DNA of 46,476 nucleotides from Actinomycetes bacterium. GTDB taxonomy: Bacteria > Actinomycetota > Actinomycetes > S36-B12. The notes beneath the pieces are model-generated. The model saw only the letters and a list, made by a program, of their open reading frames with translations. It did no database searches and was not told where the DNA came from. Position 1 is the first letter of the stretch; each line of letters begins with the position of its first letter. Positions 9,377 to 18,986 of the stretch are shown in pieces. Position numbers and translations under genes: made by a program. The stretch lies in NCBI GenBank assembly GCA_037143955.1, contig JBAWXR010000001.1, forward strand, positions 1 through 46,476, read 5' to 3'.

Positions 9377-10666
9377 CTAGGAAACTGTGCGGACTCTACG
9401 GGGGCCGGCTCGCCAGTACCACCAAGATGCGATGACAAGGGCCACCCCGATGGCGATGTATAGGCCAGGAGCGCGACCACTGAGCGGTGACACCACTGCA
9501 ACAAGACAGATGCCACCCACCAGACACACGTTGACGGCCATGTCATAAAGCGCGAAAACACGCCCGAGGTGATCGTCAGGGATTTCCCGCTGAACGATCG
9601 TGTCTGAGCACACCTTCACGCTCTGCCCAGCGAATCCGATACTGAAGGCACCCACGAGCAGAAGAGCAAAGGACGCCACGCTGGCGGAGGCGACGATCAA
9701 CCCAATTCCCAGGGTCGCCGCTTGAGCGAGGGCGAGTGACGACCACACAACGGACCCCATCCGTCGGCTCATCCACGGCGTGAGGATGGCTCCGGCGAGT
9801 GCACCGATGGCCGCACACCCCGTCACAATCGCAAACTCGGTGAGCGCTTGGTCGGAACTGGTGACCTCGTTGAAGGTCAACCTCACGAGGAGCAACCCGC
9901 CTGCCGTGAGTGCACCAAACGCGATGCGGTGGGCACCCACCAGGGTGATGGCCCTGCCTGCCGCCGCATGAATACGCAATTCACGAATTCCCGACGCGAG
10001 ACCAACAGCGACTCCCCGTAGAGACTCGCTGGCGAGAGTGCCATCGGGCCCCAACCGATTCGCGCCAATGGCAAGTGCAATGACGCCAGCGCCAGCGAAA
10101 CACAGGGCAGCGCCCACGAGCAGAAGCGCACTTCCATGATCACCACCACCAAGAAGTGCGCGAACACCAACACCCACGAGGGCGCCCAGAGCCGCAACTG
10201 TTGTGCCAGCGGTGGGAGACAGCGCGTTGGCGGTCGTGAGTTCTCGTCCGCTGACCACATGGGGAAGCGAGGCCGACAAACCGGCGAGCTCGAACCGACT
10301 GATGCCCAGCACGACCAGTACGGAGATAGCGAGGGCCGCAGAGTCACTTCCACGAGAAACCAAGACGATGATCGGTATTGCGCATGCGGCCTTCAGCCAA
10401 TTCGCGCGTACAAGGACGCTGCGCCGTCTCCATCGATCGAGATACACGCCGACGAACGGACCGAGTACCGAGTAAGGCAGCAACAGGATGGCGAATGATG
10501 TTGCGACGCGCACAGCATCAGGCTGGCGTTCAGGCGAGAACAGAACGAACGTGGCAAGGGCTGCTTGCAGGAGTCCATCGCCGAACTGACCCACCAGACG
10601 GACGGCGAACAGGTAGCGAAAATCACGATGTGCGAGCACTCCGCGCAATGCACCGAGGGCTGACAC
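9377..10666 (-). CDS. MFS transporter
   Basis: 429-aa ORF with a GTG start and about 12 TM helices. The N-terminus LRGVLAHRDFRYLFAVRLVGQFGDGLLQAAL is typical of the MFS_3/EntS-like subgroup. Confidence 0.8.
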   Translation of the reverse strand: MSALGALRGVLAHRDFRYLFAVRLVGQFGDGLLQAALATFVLFSPERQPDAVRVATSFAILLLPYSVLGPFVGVYLDRWRRRSVLVRANWLKAACAIPIIVLVSRGSDSAALAISVLVVLGISRFELAGLSASLPHVVSGRELTTANALSPTAGTTVAALGALVGVGVRALLGGGDHGSALLLVGAALCFAGAGVIALAIGANRLGPDGTLASESLRGVAVGLASGIRELRIHAAAGRAITLVGAHRIAFGALTAGGLLLVRLTFNEVTSSDQALTEFAIVTGCAAIGALAGAILTPWMSRRMGSVVWSSLALAQAATLGIGLIVASASVASFALLLVGAFSIGFAGQSVKVCSDTIVQREIPDDHLGRVFALYDMAVNVCLVGGICLVAVVSPLSGRAPGLYIAIGVALVIASWWYWRAGPRRVRTVS

Positions 10667-10698
10667 AGTGCGGACGCTACCTGTCCGCCGACCAGTGA

Positions 10699-11781
10699 CT
10701 AGTGGGTACGCGTCCCAGCAATGAAGTCCTCGACGGCCTGACGTGCCTCACTATCGGAGTACTGCTCCGGCGGTGACTTCATGAAGTAGCTCGATGCCGA
10801 CAGGAGAGGTCCGCCGATACCGCGATCCTTGGCGATCTTCGCGGCCCGGATGGCATCGATGATGACGCCGGCGCTGTTGGGTGAGTCCCACACCTCGAGC
10901 TTGTACTCGAGATTGAGTGGAACATCGCCGAAGGCGCGACCCTCAAGGCGAACGAAGGCCCACTTACGGTCGTCCAGCCATGCCACGTAGTCACTGGGAC
11001 CAATGTGGACGTTTCGTGCACCCATCTCATGGGAGGAGACCTGTGAGGTGACAGCCTGGGTCTTGGAGATCTTCTTGGACTCCAGCCGCTCACGCTCCAA
11101 CATGTTCATGAAGTCCATGTTTCCGCCAACGTTGAGCTGGTAGGTGCGGTCAAGAATCACGCCGCGGTCCTCAAACAACTTGGCCATGACTCGGTGCGTG
11201 ATGGTGGCGCCAACCTGGCTCTTGATGTCATCGCCGACGATGGGAAGCCCAGCGTCCTCAAACTTCTTGGCCCACTCCGGCGTGCCAGCGATGAACACCG
11301 GAAGCGCATTGACGAATCCGCAGCCCGCATCGATTGCACACTGGGCGTAGAACTTGGCTGCAGCCTCCGACCCCACCGGCAGATAACAGACGACGATGTC
11401 AGCCTTGGTTGCCTTGAGTGTGGCAACAACATCTACCGGCTCTGCGTCGGACTCCTGAATCATCTCGCGGTAGTACTTACCCAGCCCGTCAAGTGTGTGA
11501 CCCCGCTGAACAGTGATCCCGGTACGAGGGACGTCGCAGAGCTTGATGGTGTTGTTCTCCGAAGCATTGATCGCATCGCACAGATCAAGGCCGACCTTCT
11601 TGCTGTCGACGTCGAACGCCGCAACGAATTCAACGTCACGCACGTGGTACGGGCCGAACTGCACGTGCATGAGACCGGGAACAAAACCAGAAGGGTCGGC
11701 GTCCTTGTAGTACTCGACGCCTTGGATGAGTGATGAAGCGCAGTTGCCGACACCGACAACGGCCACACGAATGCTGGACAT
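10699..11781 (-). CDS. ino1: myo-inositol-1-phosphate synthase
   Basis: [26 protein letters not shown]..., [16 protein letters not shown], and NAD-dependent MIPS features throughout. The ORF track extends to 11943, but ATG 11781 is preceded by AAGGAG and gives the usual length of about 360 aa. Confidence 0.92.
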   Translation of the reverse strand: MSSIRVAVVGVGNCASSLIQGVEYYKDADPSGFVPGLMHVQFGPYHVRDVEFVAAFDVDSKKVGLDLCDAINASENNTIKLCDVPRTGITVQRGHTLDGLGKYYREMIQESDAEPVDVVATLKATKADIVVCYLPVGSEAAAKFYAQCAIDAGCGFVNALPVFIAGTPEWAKKFEDAGLPIVGDDIKSQVGATITHRVMAKLFEDRGVILDRTYQLNVGGNMDFMNMLERERLESKKISKTQAVTSQVSSHEMGARNVHIGPSDYVAWLDDRKWAFVRLEGRAFGDVPLNLEYKLEVWDSPNSAGVIIDAIRAAKIAKDRGIGGPLLSASSYFMKSPPEQYSDSEARQAVEDFIAGTRTH

Positions 11782-11830
11782 GCTTCTCCTTGAACTGGGT
11801 GGGGGAATGGCCTTACGGGAAAGCTGTGGA

Positions 11831-12364
11831 TTACTTCTTGTTGCGCTCCAGGACGATGAGCTCGCCAAGCCAGGCGAGTTCGCGCTCGAGAGTGTCGAGA
11901 GCGTGTTCCTGAAGACTCCGCACGTACGCGTCGGCACGGTCACGTCGGCGAGTCATGGCCTCGCGCGTGAGGGCTAGGCGTTCCTCAAGCCGCGTGCGGC
12001 GACCTTCGAGGATGCGCAAGCGTGCCTTGGTATCTGTTGACGTGAAGAATGCGAACCGCGTCTCGAACGCGGCGTCATCCCACGCATCTGGCCCCGGGCG
12101 ATTGGCCCAGTCACTGAAAGCTTCACGTCCCTCAGGAGTCACCGAGTAGACGATGCGCGAGCGGCGCGTGGCGTCAGCGCGCTCCTCGGAAATCAGGCCC
12201 TGACCCTGCAGGCGGCGAAGACACGGATATAGGGAGCCGAAGGAAATCGCCCTAAAGGGGCCGAGGACCGAACTCAGGTGCTTGCGAAGTTCGTAGCCAT
12301 GCAGCGGACCGGTGGCCAAGGCTCCCAGCACTGCAAAATCCAGAGCATCCCGGCGCTTGGTCAC
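11831..12364 (-). CDS. PadR family transcriptional regulator
   Basis: Winged-helix core [46 protein letters not shown]. It lies upstream of ino1, as Rv0047c does. The track start at 12400 is a TTG; GTG at 12364 ([10 protein letters not shown]...) fits usual PadR N-termini better. Confidence 0.85.
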   Translation of the reverse strand: MTKRRDALDFAVLGALATGPLHGYELRKHLSSVLGPFRAISFGSLYPCLRRLQGQGLISEERADATRRSRIVYSVTPEGREAFSDWANRPGPDAWDDAAFETRFAFFTSTDTKARLRILEGRRTRLEERLALTREAMTRRRDRADAYVRSLQEHALDTLERELAWLGELIVLERNKK

Positions 12365-12434
12365 TATCGCAGCATGACATATCCATTCGATATATCGCAA
12401 CTGCGCAATACCCGACCGGCTTACACTTCACCCC

Positions 12435-12941
12435 ATGGCAGGCCCGCGTAAGAGCGCGATCCGCGGGACTCTGCCGAAGGGGGCCTCGGGACGCCCCAGC
12501 CCCACGGCTCCCAGAGAGCCGGAGGTCGTCGCGGATCCCACCCGCCCGCGTCGCATGCTGCATCACGGACTCGAGCGCCGAGCTGCCCTGTACCGACTCA
12601 CCCATGGCGGGATGCTCGATTCGGACCTGTGCGATGCAGACCCCTATCTGTTGAAGGCGGCCCGATTCCATGGGGAAATGGCCGGGATGCCGTGTCCCGC
12701 CTGCCGTGACGAAGGTCTCGTCACAGTCACCTATGTCTATGGCGATGACCTGGGTCCGTATTCGGGCCGAATCCGCGCCTCGGACGAATTGCCCGGCATG
12801 GCCCGACAGTTCGGTGAGTTCAGCGTCTACGTCGTTGAGGTCTGTCAGCGCTGCCATTGGAACTTCCTGCTCACGACGTACGTCCTTGGTGACGGCGTGC
12901 CGCGACCCGCTCCGCGGGCACCGCGTGATCTTCTTGAGTAG
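12435..12941 (+). CDS. DUF5318-type small protein (Rv0049-like), putative zinc ribbon
   Basis: LERRAALYRL...CDADPYLLKAARFHGE...CPACRDEG...VVEVCQRCHWNF (a CxxC...CxxC pair). It is encoded divergently from PadR and upstream of ponA, as in mycobacteria. The true start may be ATG 12555 (MLHHGLERR...). Confidence 0.75.
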   Translation: MAGPRKSAIRGTLPKGASGRPSPTAPREPEVVADPTRPRRMLHHGLERRAALYRLTHGGMLDSDLCDADPYLLKAARFHGEMAGMPCPACRDEGLVTVTYVYGDDLGPYSGRIRASDELPGMARQFGEFSVYVVEVCQRCHWNFLLTTYVLGDGVPRPAPRAPRDLLE

Positions 12942-12986
12942 CGACCAAGAGCCGCGCCTCTTCCCCGAGCGCTAAGGACCCTCACT

Positions 12987-15263
12987 GTGAGCAGTAGACG
13001 CCCGCCTGCTGGACGACCGTCCAGTGCGTCGTCAGGGCGCGGCCGCTCGGCCGGGTCCGGTGGCCGAGGCGGCCCGCCACCCCGCAATTCCTCATCCTCT
13101 GGAGCCCCGCGGCGTAAGCCCAAGAAGAAGAGGAAGCAACGCTCACCACTTCGCTGGGTGCTGTGGTTGCTCGCTCTGGCACTGCTGGTGGCCGGCATCG
13201 GGTTTTCGATTTTCGCTGTGCTCGTGGCCAACACCACCGTGCCGACACCGAATGAGATGGCCACCAATCAAGCCACGATCGTCTACTACGCCGACGGAAC
13301 GAATGAGATCGGCCGACTGGGAGACACATCACGACGCTCAATCCCCCTGAATCAAGTGCCGCTCGTGGTGCAGCGAGCAATCCTTGCGGCAGAAGATAGA
13401 AGCTTCTTCGACCATGGTGGAATTTCGCCACTGGGAGTTGCTCGGGCCGTGCTGAACAACCTCACGGGCGGATCAACCCAGGGTGGGTCAACGATCACCC
13501 AGCAGTACGCCAAGAATGCATTCCTCACGCAAGAACGGTCATGGGATCGAAAGTTGAAGGAGGCACTTCTCGCCTTCAAACTTGAGACGGTGGTGTCCAA
13601 GGACCAGATCCTTGGCGATTACCTCAACACCATCTACTTCGGTCGTGGCGCTTACGGAATTGATGCGGCAGCCCGTGCCTATTTCGGCCAGCCGGTCGGT
13701 GAGCTCGACGCTTCGCAGGCGGCGGTGCTCGCGGCAATCATCAAATCCCCCAGTGGATTGGCACCAGAGAAGGATCTCGAAGGACTCAAAGCACGATGGA
13801 GTTATGTCCTCGATGGAATGGTCCAGCAGGGCTGGCTCTCGAGCTCACAGTTCGCCCGGACGGCCTTTCCCAAGATCAAGAAAGGCGACGGCGTCAATCG
13901 CCTCGGTGGACAGACCGGATACATCCTCACGACAGTCCAGGACTCCTTGCACTTCCTTGGATTTGATGAACCCCAGATCCAACAGGGCGGCCTTCGCGTC
14001 GTCACCACCATTGACCTCAATGCCCAACGGGCCGCCACCGCAGCTGTGCACAAGGTGGGACCACAGTCCGGAACTAAGGGGCTTCGCATCGGACTCGCAG
14101 CCGTGCGGCCGGGCACCGGCGAGATCGTCGCCATGTACGGCGGTGAGGATTTCATCGCTGATCAGATAAACAACGCCACACATCCCTTTGCTCAAGCAGG
14201 CTCAACGTTCAAGCCGTTCGCTTTGGCGACTGCCCTTGATCAAGGAGTACCGCTGACCTCATGGTGGAACGGTGACTCACCGTCGACTGTCAACGGCTAC
14301 ACGTTCAACAACTACTCAAACAAGTCGTACGGCCAAGTAACACTTCTTCAGGCAACCGAGGACAGCATCAACTCCGCTTACGTGGCGGTTGAGGACCAGG
14401 TCGGTGTGAGCAATGTCGCCGACGCGGCGATCAAGGCGGGCATCCCAGCGGACACACCGGGGATGGACCTCAAGAACCTGAACCTGACGTTTGTCCTGGG
14501 CACTGCTTCTCCGTCGGCTCTGGATATGGCGGGTGCCTACGCAACATTTGCCGCCAGTGGTGTCAAAGCCAAATCGCACATCATCGGTCAAGTCACCAGC
14601 AGCAACGGCGGCGTTCAGTATCAGGCTGAAGTGAAACCGGAGTCGATGTTCCCCAAGAACATTGCTGACTCCGTTACCTACGCATTGAGCAGGGTTGTCA
14701 CGAACGGGACCGGATTCGCTGCGCGTGCACTCGGAAGGCCTGCGGCAGGAAAGACCGGAACCACAGATAACAACCTGAGTGCGTGGTTCGTGGGCTACAC
14801 CCCCCAGCTTGCAGCGGCGGTGATGATGGCCAAAGAGGACGCGAGTGGTACCCCACAGTCCTTGTCGGGTACCGGGGGCCTGAAGACAGTCACGGGAGGC
14901 TCTTTTCCCGCGGCCATGTGGACCGCCTTCATGAAGGGTGCTCTCTCGGGGCAGCCCAAACAGAAGTTCCCCGAGCCACCTCCGGGCGTTCGCCTACCTA
15001 AGAACTGCCCCACCGATCCAATGGCCATCATCATTCCTGATGGCTGCCCCACGCCACAGATCGACGCGGGGCTCATCCCGGGGATCGACGGTAGCCTCCT
15101 GCCGAGTGGCGGTGATGTTGCGGCGAGCCAGTCACCCGATGCCTCCGTCGTGACACCATCACCCTCGGTGCCGGTGTTGGCGCCGACGACCGCTGGCCCG
15201 TCACCGTCAGCGACAGGTTCGACAAAGAAGCCCAAGCCGCCCACGCAGGAAGCGAGGCCCTAG
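12987..15263 (+). CDS. ponA: class A penicillin-binding protein (bifunctional transglycosylase/transpeptidase), PonA1-like
   Basis: GT51 motifs: AAEDRSFFDHGGI, GGSTITQQYAKN, RKLKEALLAFKLE. Transpeptidase motifs: STFK, SINS (SxN), KTGTT. GTG start, one N-terminal TM, basic low-complexity N-tail and Pro/Ser-rich C-tail. Confidence 0.92.
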   Translation: MSSRRPPAGRPSSASSGRGRSAGSGGRGGPPPRNSSSSGAPRRKPKKKRKQRSPLRWVLWLLALALLVAGIGFSIFAVLVANTTVPTPNEMATNQATIVYYADGTNEIGRLGDTSRRSIPLNQVPLVVQRAILAAEDRSFFDHGGISPLGVARAVLNNLTGGSTQGGSTITQQYAKNAFLTQERSWDRKLKEALLAFKLETVVSKDQILGDYLNTIYFGRGAYGIDAAARAYFGQPVGELDASQAAVLAAIIKSPSGLAPEKDLEGLKARWSYVLDGMVQQGWLSSSQFARTAFPKIKKGDGVNRLGGQTGYILTTVQDSLHFLGFDEPQIQQGGLRVVTTIDLNAQRAATAAVHKVGPQSGTKGLRIGLAAVRPGTGEIVAMYGGEDFIADQINNATHPFAQAGSTFKPFALATALDQGVPLTSWWNGDSPSTVNGYTFNNYSNKSYGQVTLLQATEDSINSAYVAVEDQVGVSNVADAAIKAGIPADTPGMDLKNLNLTFVLGTASPSALDMAGAYATFAASGVKAKSHIIGQVTSSNGGVQYQAEVKPESMFPKNIADSVTYALSRVVTNGTGFAARALGRPAAGKTGTTDNNLSAWFVGYTPQLAAAVMMAKEDASGTPQSLSGTGGLKTVTGGSFPAAMWTAFMKGALSGQPKQKFPEPPPGVRLPKNCPTDPMAIIIPDGCPTPQIDAGLIPGIDGSLLPSGGDVAASQSPDASVVTPSPSVPVLAPTTAGPSPSATGSTKKPKPPTQEARP

Positions 15264-16693
15264 TGCAGGTCGTGGAACCGGGCAGCTCTGATCCGGTCAT
15301 CGCCTCACTAGCGGAGTCTGTCGGCGGGCGCATGGGCTCACGCGCTGCGCGAGGCCGATCATGGTGGACTCCCATTCGTGTCCTGCTGGGCATGGCGACA
15401 GTCGCGTATGTCATCGGCTACATCCTCGATTTCTCATGCGTGCACGATGGTTGGCGCTCACCGGAGAATTACGAACACCTGTGCTACACCGACATCACTC
15501 CGCTGTATAACGCGCGTGGCTTCGCAGACGGGTTGCTGCCCTACCTGCAGGCCGGACCCGATGGCCAGTACCTCGAATACCCGGTGATCACCGGCTTCTT
15601 CATGCAGATCGCTTCCGCGTTGACCGCAGCTGTGGCATTCCTCGTCAACGGGGTGGATCGCGTCTCTGTGTTCTTCCACGCCAACGTGGTGCTGCTACTC
15701 ATCGCACTCTTGGTCACAGTGATGGCGACGGCGCTCACCGTGAAGCGTCGCCCCTGGGATGCTGCGATGGTCGCGGTGGCTCCCACCATGATCCTTGCCG
15801 CCACCATCAACTGGGACCTCCTGCCGCTCGCCTTCTCAGGACTCGCACTCCTACTGTGGTCGCGCGATCGACAACTGGCCGCCGGACTTCTGCTGGGCCT
15901 CGCCGTGGCGGCCAAGTTCTATCCGCTGATGTTCCTCGGCGCGTTCCTCGTGCTGTCGCTGCGCTCGGGACGCTGGCGCGCGTTGAGCTTGTTGTGCATG
16001 GGAACCGGCATCTCCTGGCTGGCGGTCAACATCCCCATCATGTATCTGAACTTCGACGGTTGGTCCTACTTCTATCGCTTCAGCGGATTCCGTGGCGAAG
16101 ACTTCGGCTCCATCTGGTTCGGGTTCACCGAAAGTGGGATCGGAACCATTCCGTCGGATGCCCTCAACGCAGTCTCGTCGGGGCTCTTCCTTGTCCTATG
16201 CGCGGGAATTGCGTTGCTTGTCCTGCACGCTCCCCGACGCCCACGTCTGGCGTCAGTGCTGTTCCTGATCATTGCCGCCTTCGCCATCACCAACAAGGTC
16301 TACTCCCCGCAATATTCGCTGTGGCTCATCCCGCTGGCTGTCCTCGCCCACCCCAAGTGGCGCGACTTCTTGATCTGGCAGGCGGGCGAGGTCATCTATT
16401 TCGTCGGCATCTGGTGGTTCCTTGTCGGCTACGGCATCGATGGGCAAAAGAGTCTGACCGGGCAGCAGTACTCACTGGCGATTCTGATCCACGTCTTGGC
16501 CACTCTCTATCTTGCGTATCGCGTCATTCAGGCCATGTATGTACCCACGATGGATCCGGTGCGCTCTGACGGATTCGCGGACGACACGGATGATCCCGGG
16601 GGTGGTGCGTACAACAATGCACCGGACGCCATCACTCTTCGTTCCACGCGAGGCCGGCATCGTGCAGCTGCTTCGGTGAGGATCAATCAGTGA
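15263..16693 (+). CDS. GT87/DUF2029-type polytopic membrane glycosyltransferase (Rv0051-like)
   Basis: 476-aa ORF with more than 10 TM helices. The GTG start overlaps the ponA TAG by 1 nt (TAGTG). It occupies the same position downstream of ponA1 as Rv0051. An internal ATG (MGSRAARG...) is an alternative start. Confidence 0.7.
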   Translation: MQVVEPGSSDPVIASLAESVGGRMGSRAARGRSWWTPIRVLLGMATVAYVIGYILDFSCVHDGWRSPENYEHLCYTDITPLYNARGFADGLLPYLQAGPDGQYLEYPVITGFFMQIASALTAAVAFLVNGVDRVSVFFHANVVLLLIALLVTVMATALTVKRRPWDAAMVAVAPTMILAATINWDLLPLAFSGLALLLWSRDRQLAAGLLLGLAVAAKFYPLMFLGAFLVLSLRSGRWRALSLLCMGTGISWLAVNIPIMYLNFDGWSYFYRFSGFRGEDFGSIWFGFTESGIGTIPSDALNAVSSGLFLVLCAGIALLVLHAPRRPRLASVLFLIIAAFAITNKVYSPQYSLWLIPLAVLAHPKWRDFLIWQAGEVIYFVGIWWFLVGYGIDGQKSLTGQQYSLAILIHVLATLYLAYRVIQAMYVPTMDPVRSDGFADDTDDPGGGAYNNAPDAITLRSTRGRHRAAASVRINQ

Positions 16694-17846
16694 AGATGAC
16701 GGCGTCAAAGCGCGACGTCGTATAGCGAACTTCAGCGGGGACTGGATCTCCCACCGACGGCACGATGCAACCCCAGGGCAGCCACACCATCGATACCTGC
16801 TGATGCGGTGGCTCGGCAAACCAGCGCTGCTTGCCATCAAGGGTGAAGGGAGACATCGAACGCCCCGCGGCTTCAATCACCCCGGTCCCGATCGACGCAA
16901 TTCTCTGGCGCAGGTTGGTTGCCGCAGTAGGTGCCGACAGTGCAATGCCATGCGACGTTCCACCACCGATTACCACCAGTGATCCATCACTTGGGCCGGT
17001 GCGCTGTCGGTAACCCACCGGGGTGCTCTCCTTGACGGAGTGGACAGCCAGCACGGTTCCGTTGGCCTGGAGTGCGCCCCGATCACCGAGCCACAACCTC
17101 GTGCCTACGCGCATACGCAACGCAATGTCGGGCTGCGACTTCACCACAAGCGCGGCCTCGTCGTCGTTGAGATGAGACACCCACAAGCGACGAGCGGGAG
17201 AGTTGTGTCCGGCCCACACGTCCGTCTGGGCATGCCACATGGCAGCCCAGCGCAGCACTTCAAGAACACGAGGCGTGCCCAATGACGTGCGTCCCTTGCG
17301 CTTACCCGGTGGTTGCACGAGGGGCAGGTGCAGCGAGAGCCCCTCGATGAGGATCCGTGCTCGCGCCAAACCCTCGCGGATGGTCAAGTCTGCGAGCAGC
17401 TCGAGAATCTCGGACTCCTCCAGTCCGAATCGCTGCATCGATGAACGAGCTTCGATGATGACCCGCACCGAGCCGGGACCGGCGGTAAGTGCGCGAAGAG
17501 CCTCGGTGGATGCGATCGTACGGATGACGCGACCGGAATGCAGGCGCGAACCGAGTCGCCACCACTCGGCTGCTGCCGCTTTGTCGCGCGGGTCAAATGG
17601 CTGAAGCACGACGATGTCGTGGTTGCTCGCGTGCGCGACTGTGTCAATTTCCCAGACGGTGCCCACGGCCACGGTGTCCGCGTGATGAGCAACCGCCTGG
17701 CGCGTGAGGAGATCGGCACCAAGCCCGTAGCCGTTGCCTTTGATGACGGGTACCGGGGTGGTGCCGCAAGCACGCGAGATGGCACCCCACACCGACTCCT
17801 GGTGCTCGCGCCATCTCTGGCCCCGCACGGTGACGGTGAACGACAT
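16683..17846 (-). CDS. alanine racemase-like PLP-dependent protein (fold type III), function unknown
   Basis: PVIKGNGYGLG matches the Alr PLP-lysine motif (VVKANAYGHG). VGYRQRT resembles the C-terminal domain Tyr motif. ATG lies 3 nt after the femX stop (TGAtcaATG). The 3' end overlaps the convergent GT87 gene by 11 nt. Confidence 0.65.
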   Translation of the reverse strand: MSFTVTVRGQRWREHQESVWGAISRACGTTPVPVIKGNGYGLGADLLTRQAVAHHADTVAVGTVWEIDTVAHASNHDIVVLQPFDPRDKAAAAEWWRLGSRLHSGRVIRTIASTEALRALTAGPGSVRVIIEARSSMQRFGLEESEILELLADLTIREGLARARILIEGLSLHLPLVQPPGKRKGRTSLGTPRVLEVLRWAAMWHAQTDVWAGHNSPARRLWVSHLNDDEAALVVKSQPDIALRMRVGTRLWLGDRGALQANGTVLAVHSVKESTPVGYRQRTGPSDGSLVVIGGGTSHGIALSAPTAATNLRQRIASIGTGVIEAAGRSMSPFTLDGKQRWFAEPPHQQVSMVWLPWGCIVPSVGDPVPAEVRYTTSRFDAVIFTD

Positions 17847-17849
17847 TGA

Positions 17850-18986
17850 TCAGCCTCGCCTGGACTGGTAAGAGTGGAACGCTCGTGCCCACAGTGGACG
17901 GGTCACATAGTCCCACTCACCGGTGTATTCCTGCGCGTACCCGCCGCTACCCAATTTGAATTGCACCAAACCATGCAGGTGATCGCTCGGGTCCAGGGTG
18001 TCGGAGATGCCACGAAGGTCGTACACCGAACAGCCTTCTTGGTGCGCCCGCGTGATCATGTCCCATTGCAAGGCATTGGACGGGCGGACATCTCGGTCGG
18101 CGGTGGTGGAAGCACCGTAGGAGTACCAGGCGTGGTTGCCCACGCGAATCATGAGAGTCGCGGCTGCCACATGCCCCGCGTGGTGGGCCAGGTGGAGTGA
18201 CAGCCGAGCCTCACGAGAGTTGAGGCAGTCCCACATGCGCTCGAAGTACGACAGTGCGCGAGGGGTGAAGCCGTCGCGTGCCGCCGTCTCAACATAGATG
18301 GGATGAAAGGAAGCGAGGTCCTCACGAGATCCGCGTGAGACGCTCACGCCCTCCTTCTCCGCCTTTCGAATGTTTCGCCGCCATAGTTGGTTGAAGCCGG
18401 CCATGACGTCGTCGAGTGAGCGGTGCGCCAAGGGCACCTGGAACACGAACCGTGGCTGCACGTCGCCGAAGCCAGCTCCGGCGGGAGCTGTCTGCCTCCA
18501 ATCGGAGGCACGCAAATCGTCGGTCAGCTGCTGAGCTGCTGATGAGGTCCAATCGGACGGAACGTCCCCGATACGGGCCGGGCGTGGGTCTGCTGCCATC
18601 GCGGATTTGAGAGTGTCGGCTTCCCATCGACGAGCAGGCATGGGCGGCCCCATCTTGATCTGAAAGGCGCCCTGGTGTCGCGTGTGCTCAATAAGGGGTG
18701 TGAGCCACTCAGACAGCGTGAGGCCCGGATGACTCTGGTGCTGCCAATCGATATCGGGACCTTCGGGAAGGTAGGCCAAACTCCTGCGGGGAAACTTCGG
18801 AATGCCGCGGTAGAGCACCAGTCCTGCACCCACGAGTTGCGAACCGTAAAACCAGCCGAGCGATTCTGCGCGCCATCCCACTTTGACGCCAGCCCACTCG
18901 GGAACCTGAAGGAACGACACCGAAGGTCGTTGGGCGACCCACTGCGCATGCTCGTCAGAGGTGATGACCCGCAGCGTGAGCGTCAT
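17850..18986 (-). CDS. femX: FemAB-family peptidoglycan bridge-formation aminoacyltransferase (FemX-like)
   Basis: 378-aa ORF with a FemX-like N-terminus (SFLQVPEWAGVK...GAGLVLYR) and C-terminal motif YDLRGI...GLVQFKLGSGGYAQEYTGEWDYV. Its ATG overlaps the xthA stop as ATGA. Confidence 0.85.
   Translation of the reverse strand: MTLTLRVITSDEHAQWVAQRPSVSFLQVPEWAGVKVGWRAESLGWFYGSQLVGAGLVLYRGIPKFPRRSLAYLPEGPDIDWQHQSHPGLTLSEWLTPLIEHTRHQGAFQIKMGPPMPARRWEADTLKSAMAADPRPARIGDVPSDWTSSAAQQLTDDLRASDWRQTAPAGAGFGDVQPRFVFQVPLAHRSLDDVMAGFNQLWRRNIRKAEKEGVSVSRGSREDLASFHPIYVETAARDGFTPRALSYFERMWDCLNSREARLSLHLAHHAGHVAAATLMIRVGNHAWYSYGASTTADRDVRPSNALQWDMITRAHQEGCSVYDLRGISDTLDPSDHLHGLVQFKLGSGGYAQEYTGEWDYVTRPLWARAFHSYQSRRG

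Noticed and set aside
10670-10688. Small hairpin GCGGAC-n7-GTCCGC between the ino1 stop and the MFS start.
   Set aside because: It is only a 6-bp stem with no U-tract, and it lies 3 nt from the MFS start codon. This is too weak to call a terminator or attenuator.
10699-11943. N-terminally extended versions of real genes in the ORF track: ino1 to 11943, rplI from 20953, phosphatase to 23612, dnaB from 23508, acyltransferase to 33030, SBP from 38185, permease 2 from 40066, murJ to 4217.
   Set aside because: The extensions overlap the neighbouring gene or the intergenic region, and lack similarity to the protein family. Internal ATG/GTG codons with good RBS or 4-nt stop/start overlaps give canonical protein lengths.
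12252-12857. Long antisense or alternative-frame ORFs in the six-frame track. Examples: 12252..12857(-), 23721..24557(-), 41619..42230(-), 33535..34284(+), 15856..16569(+).
   Set aside because: They lie opposite to or out of frame with genes that carry unmistakable family motifs. Their translations are Arg/Pro/Ser/Gly-rich low-complexity sequences, typical of non-coding frames in high-GC DNA. No independent start or RBS context supports them.
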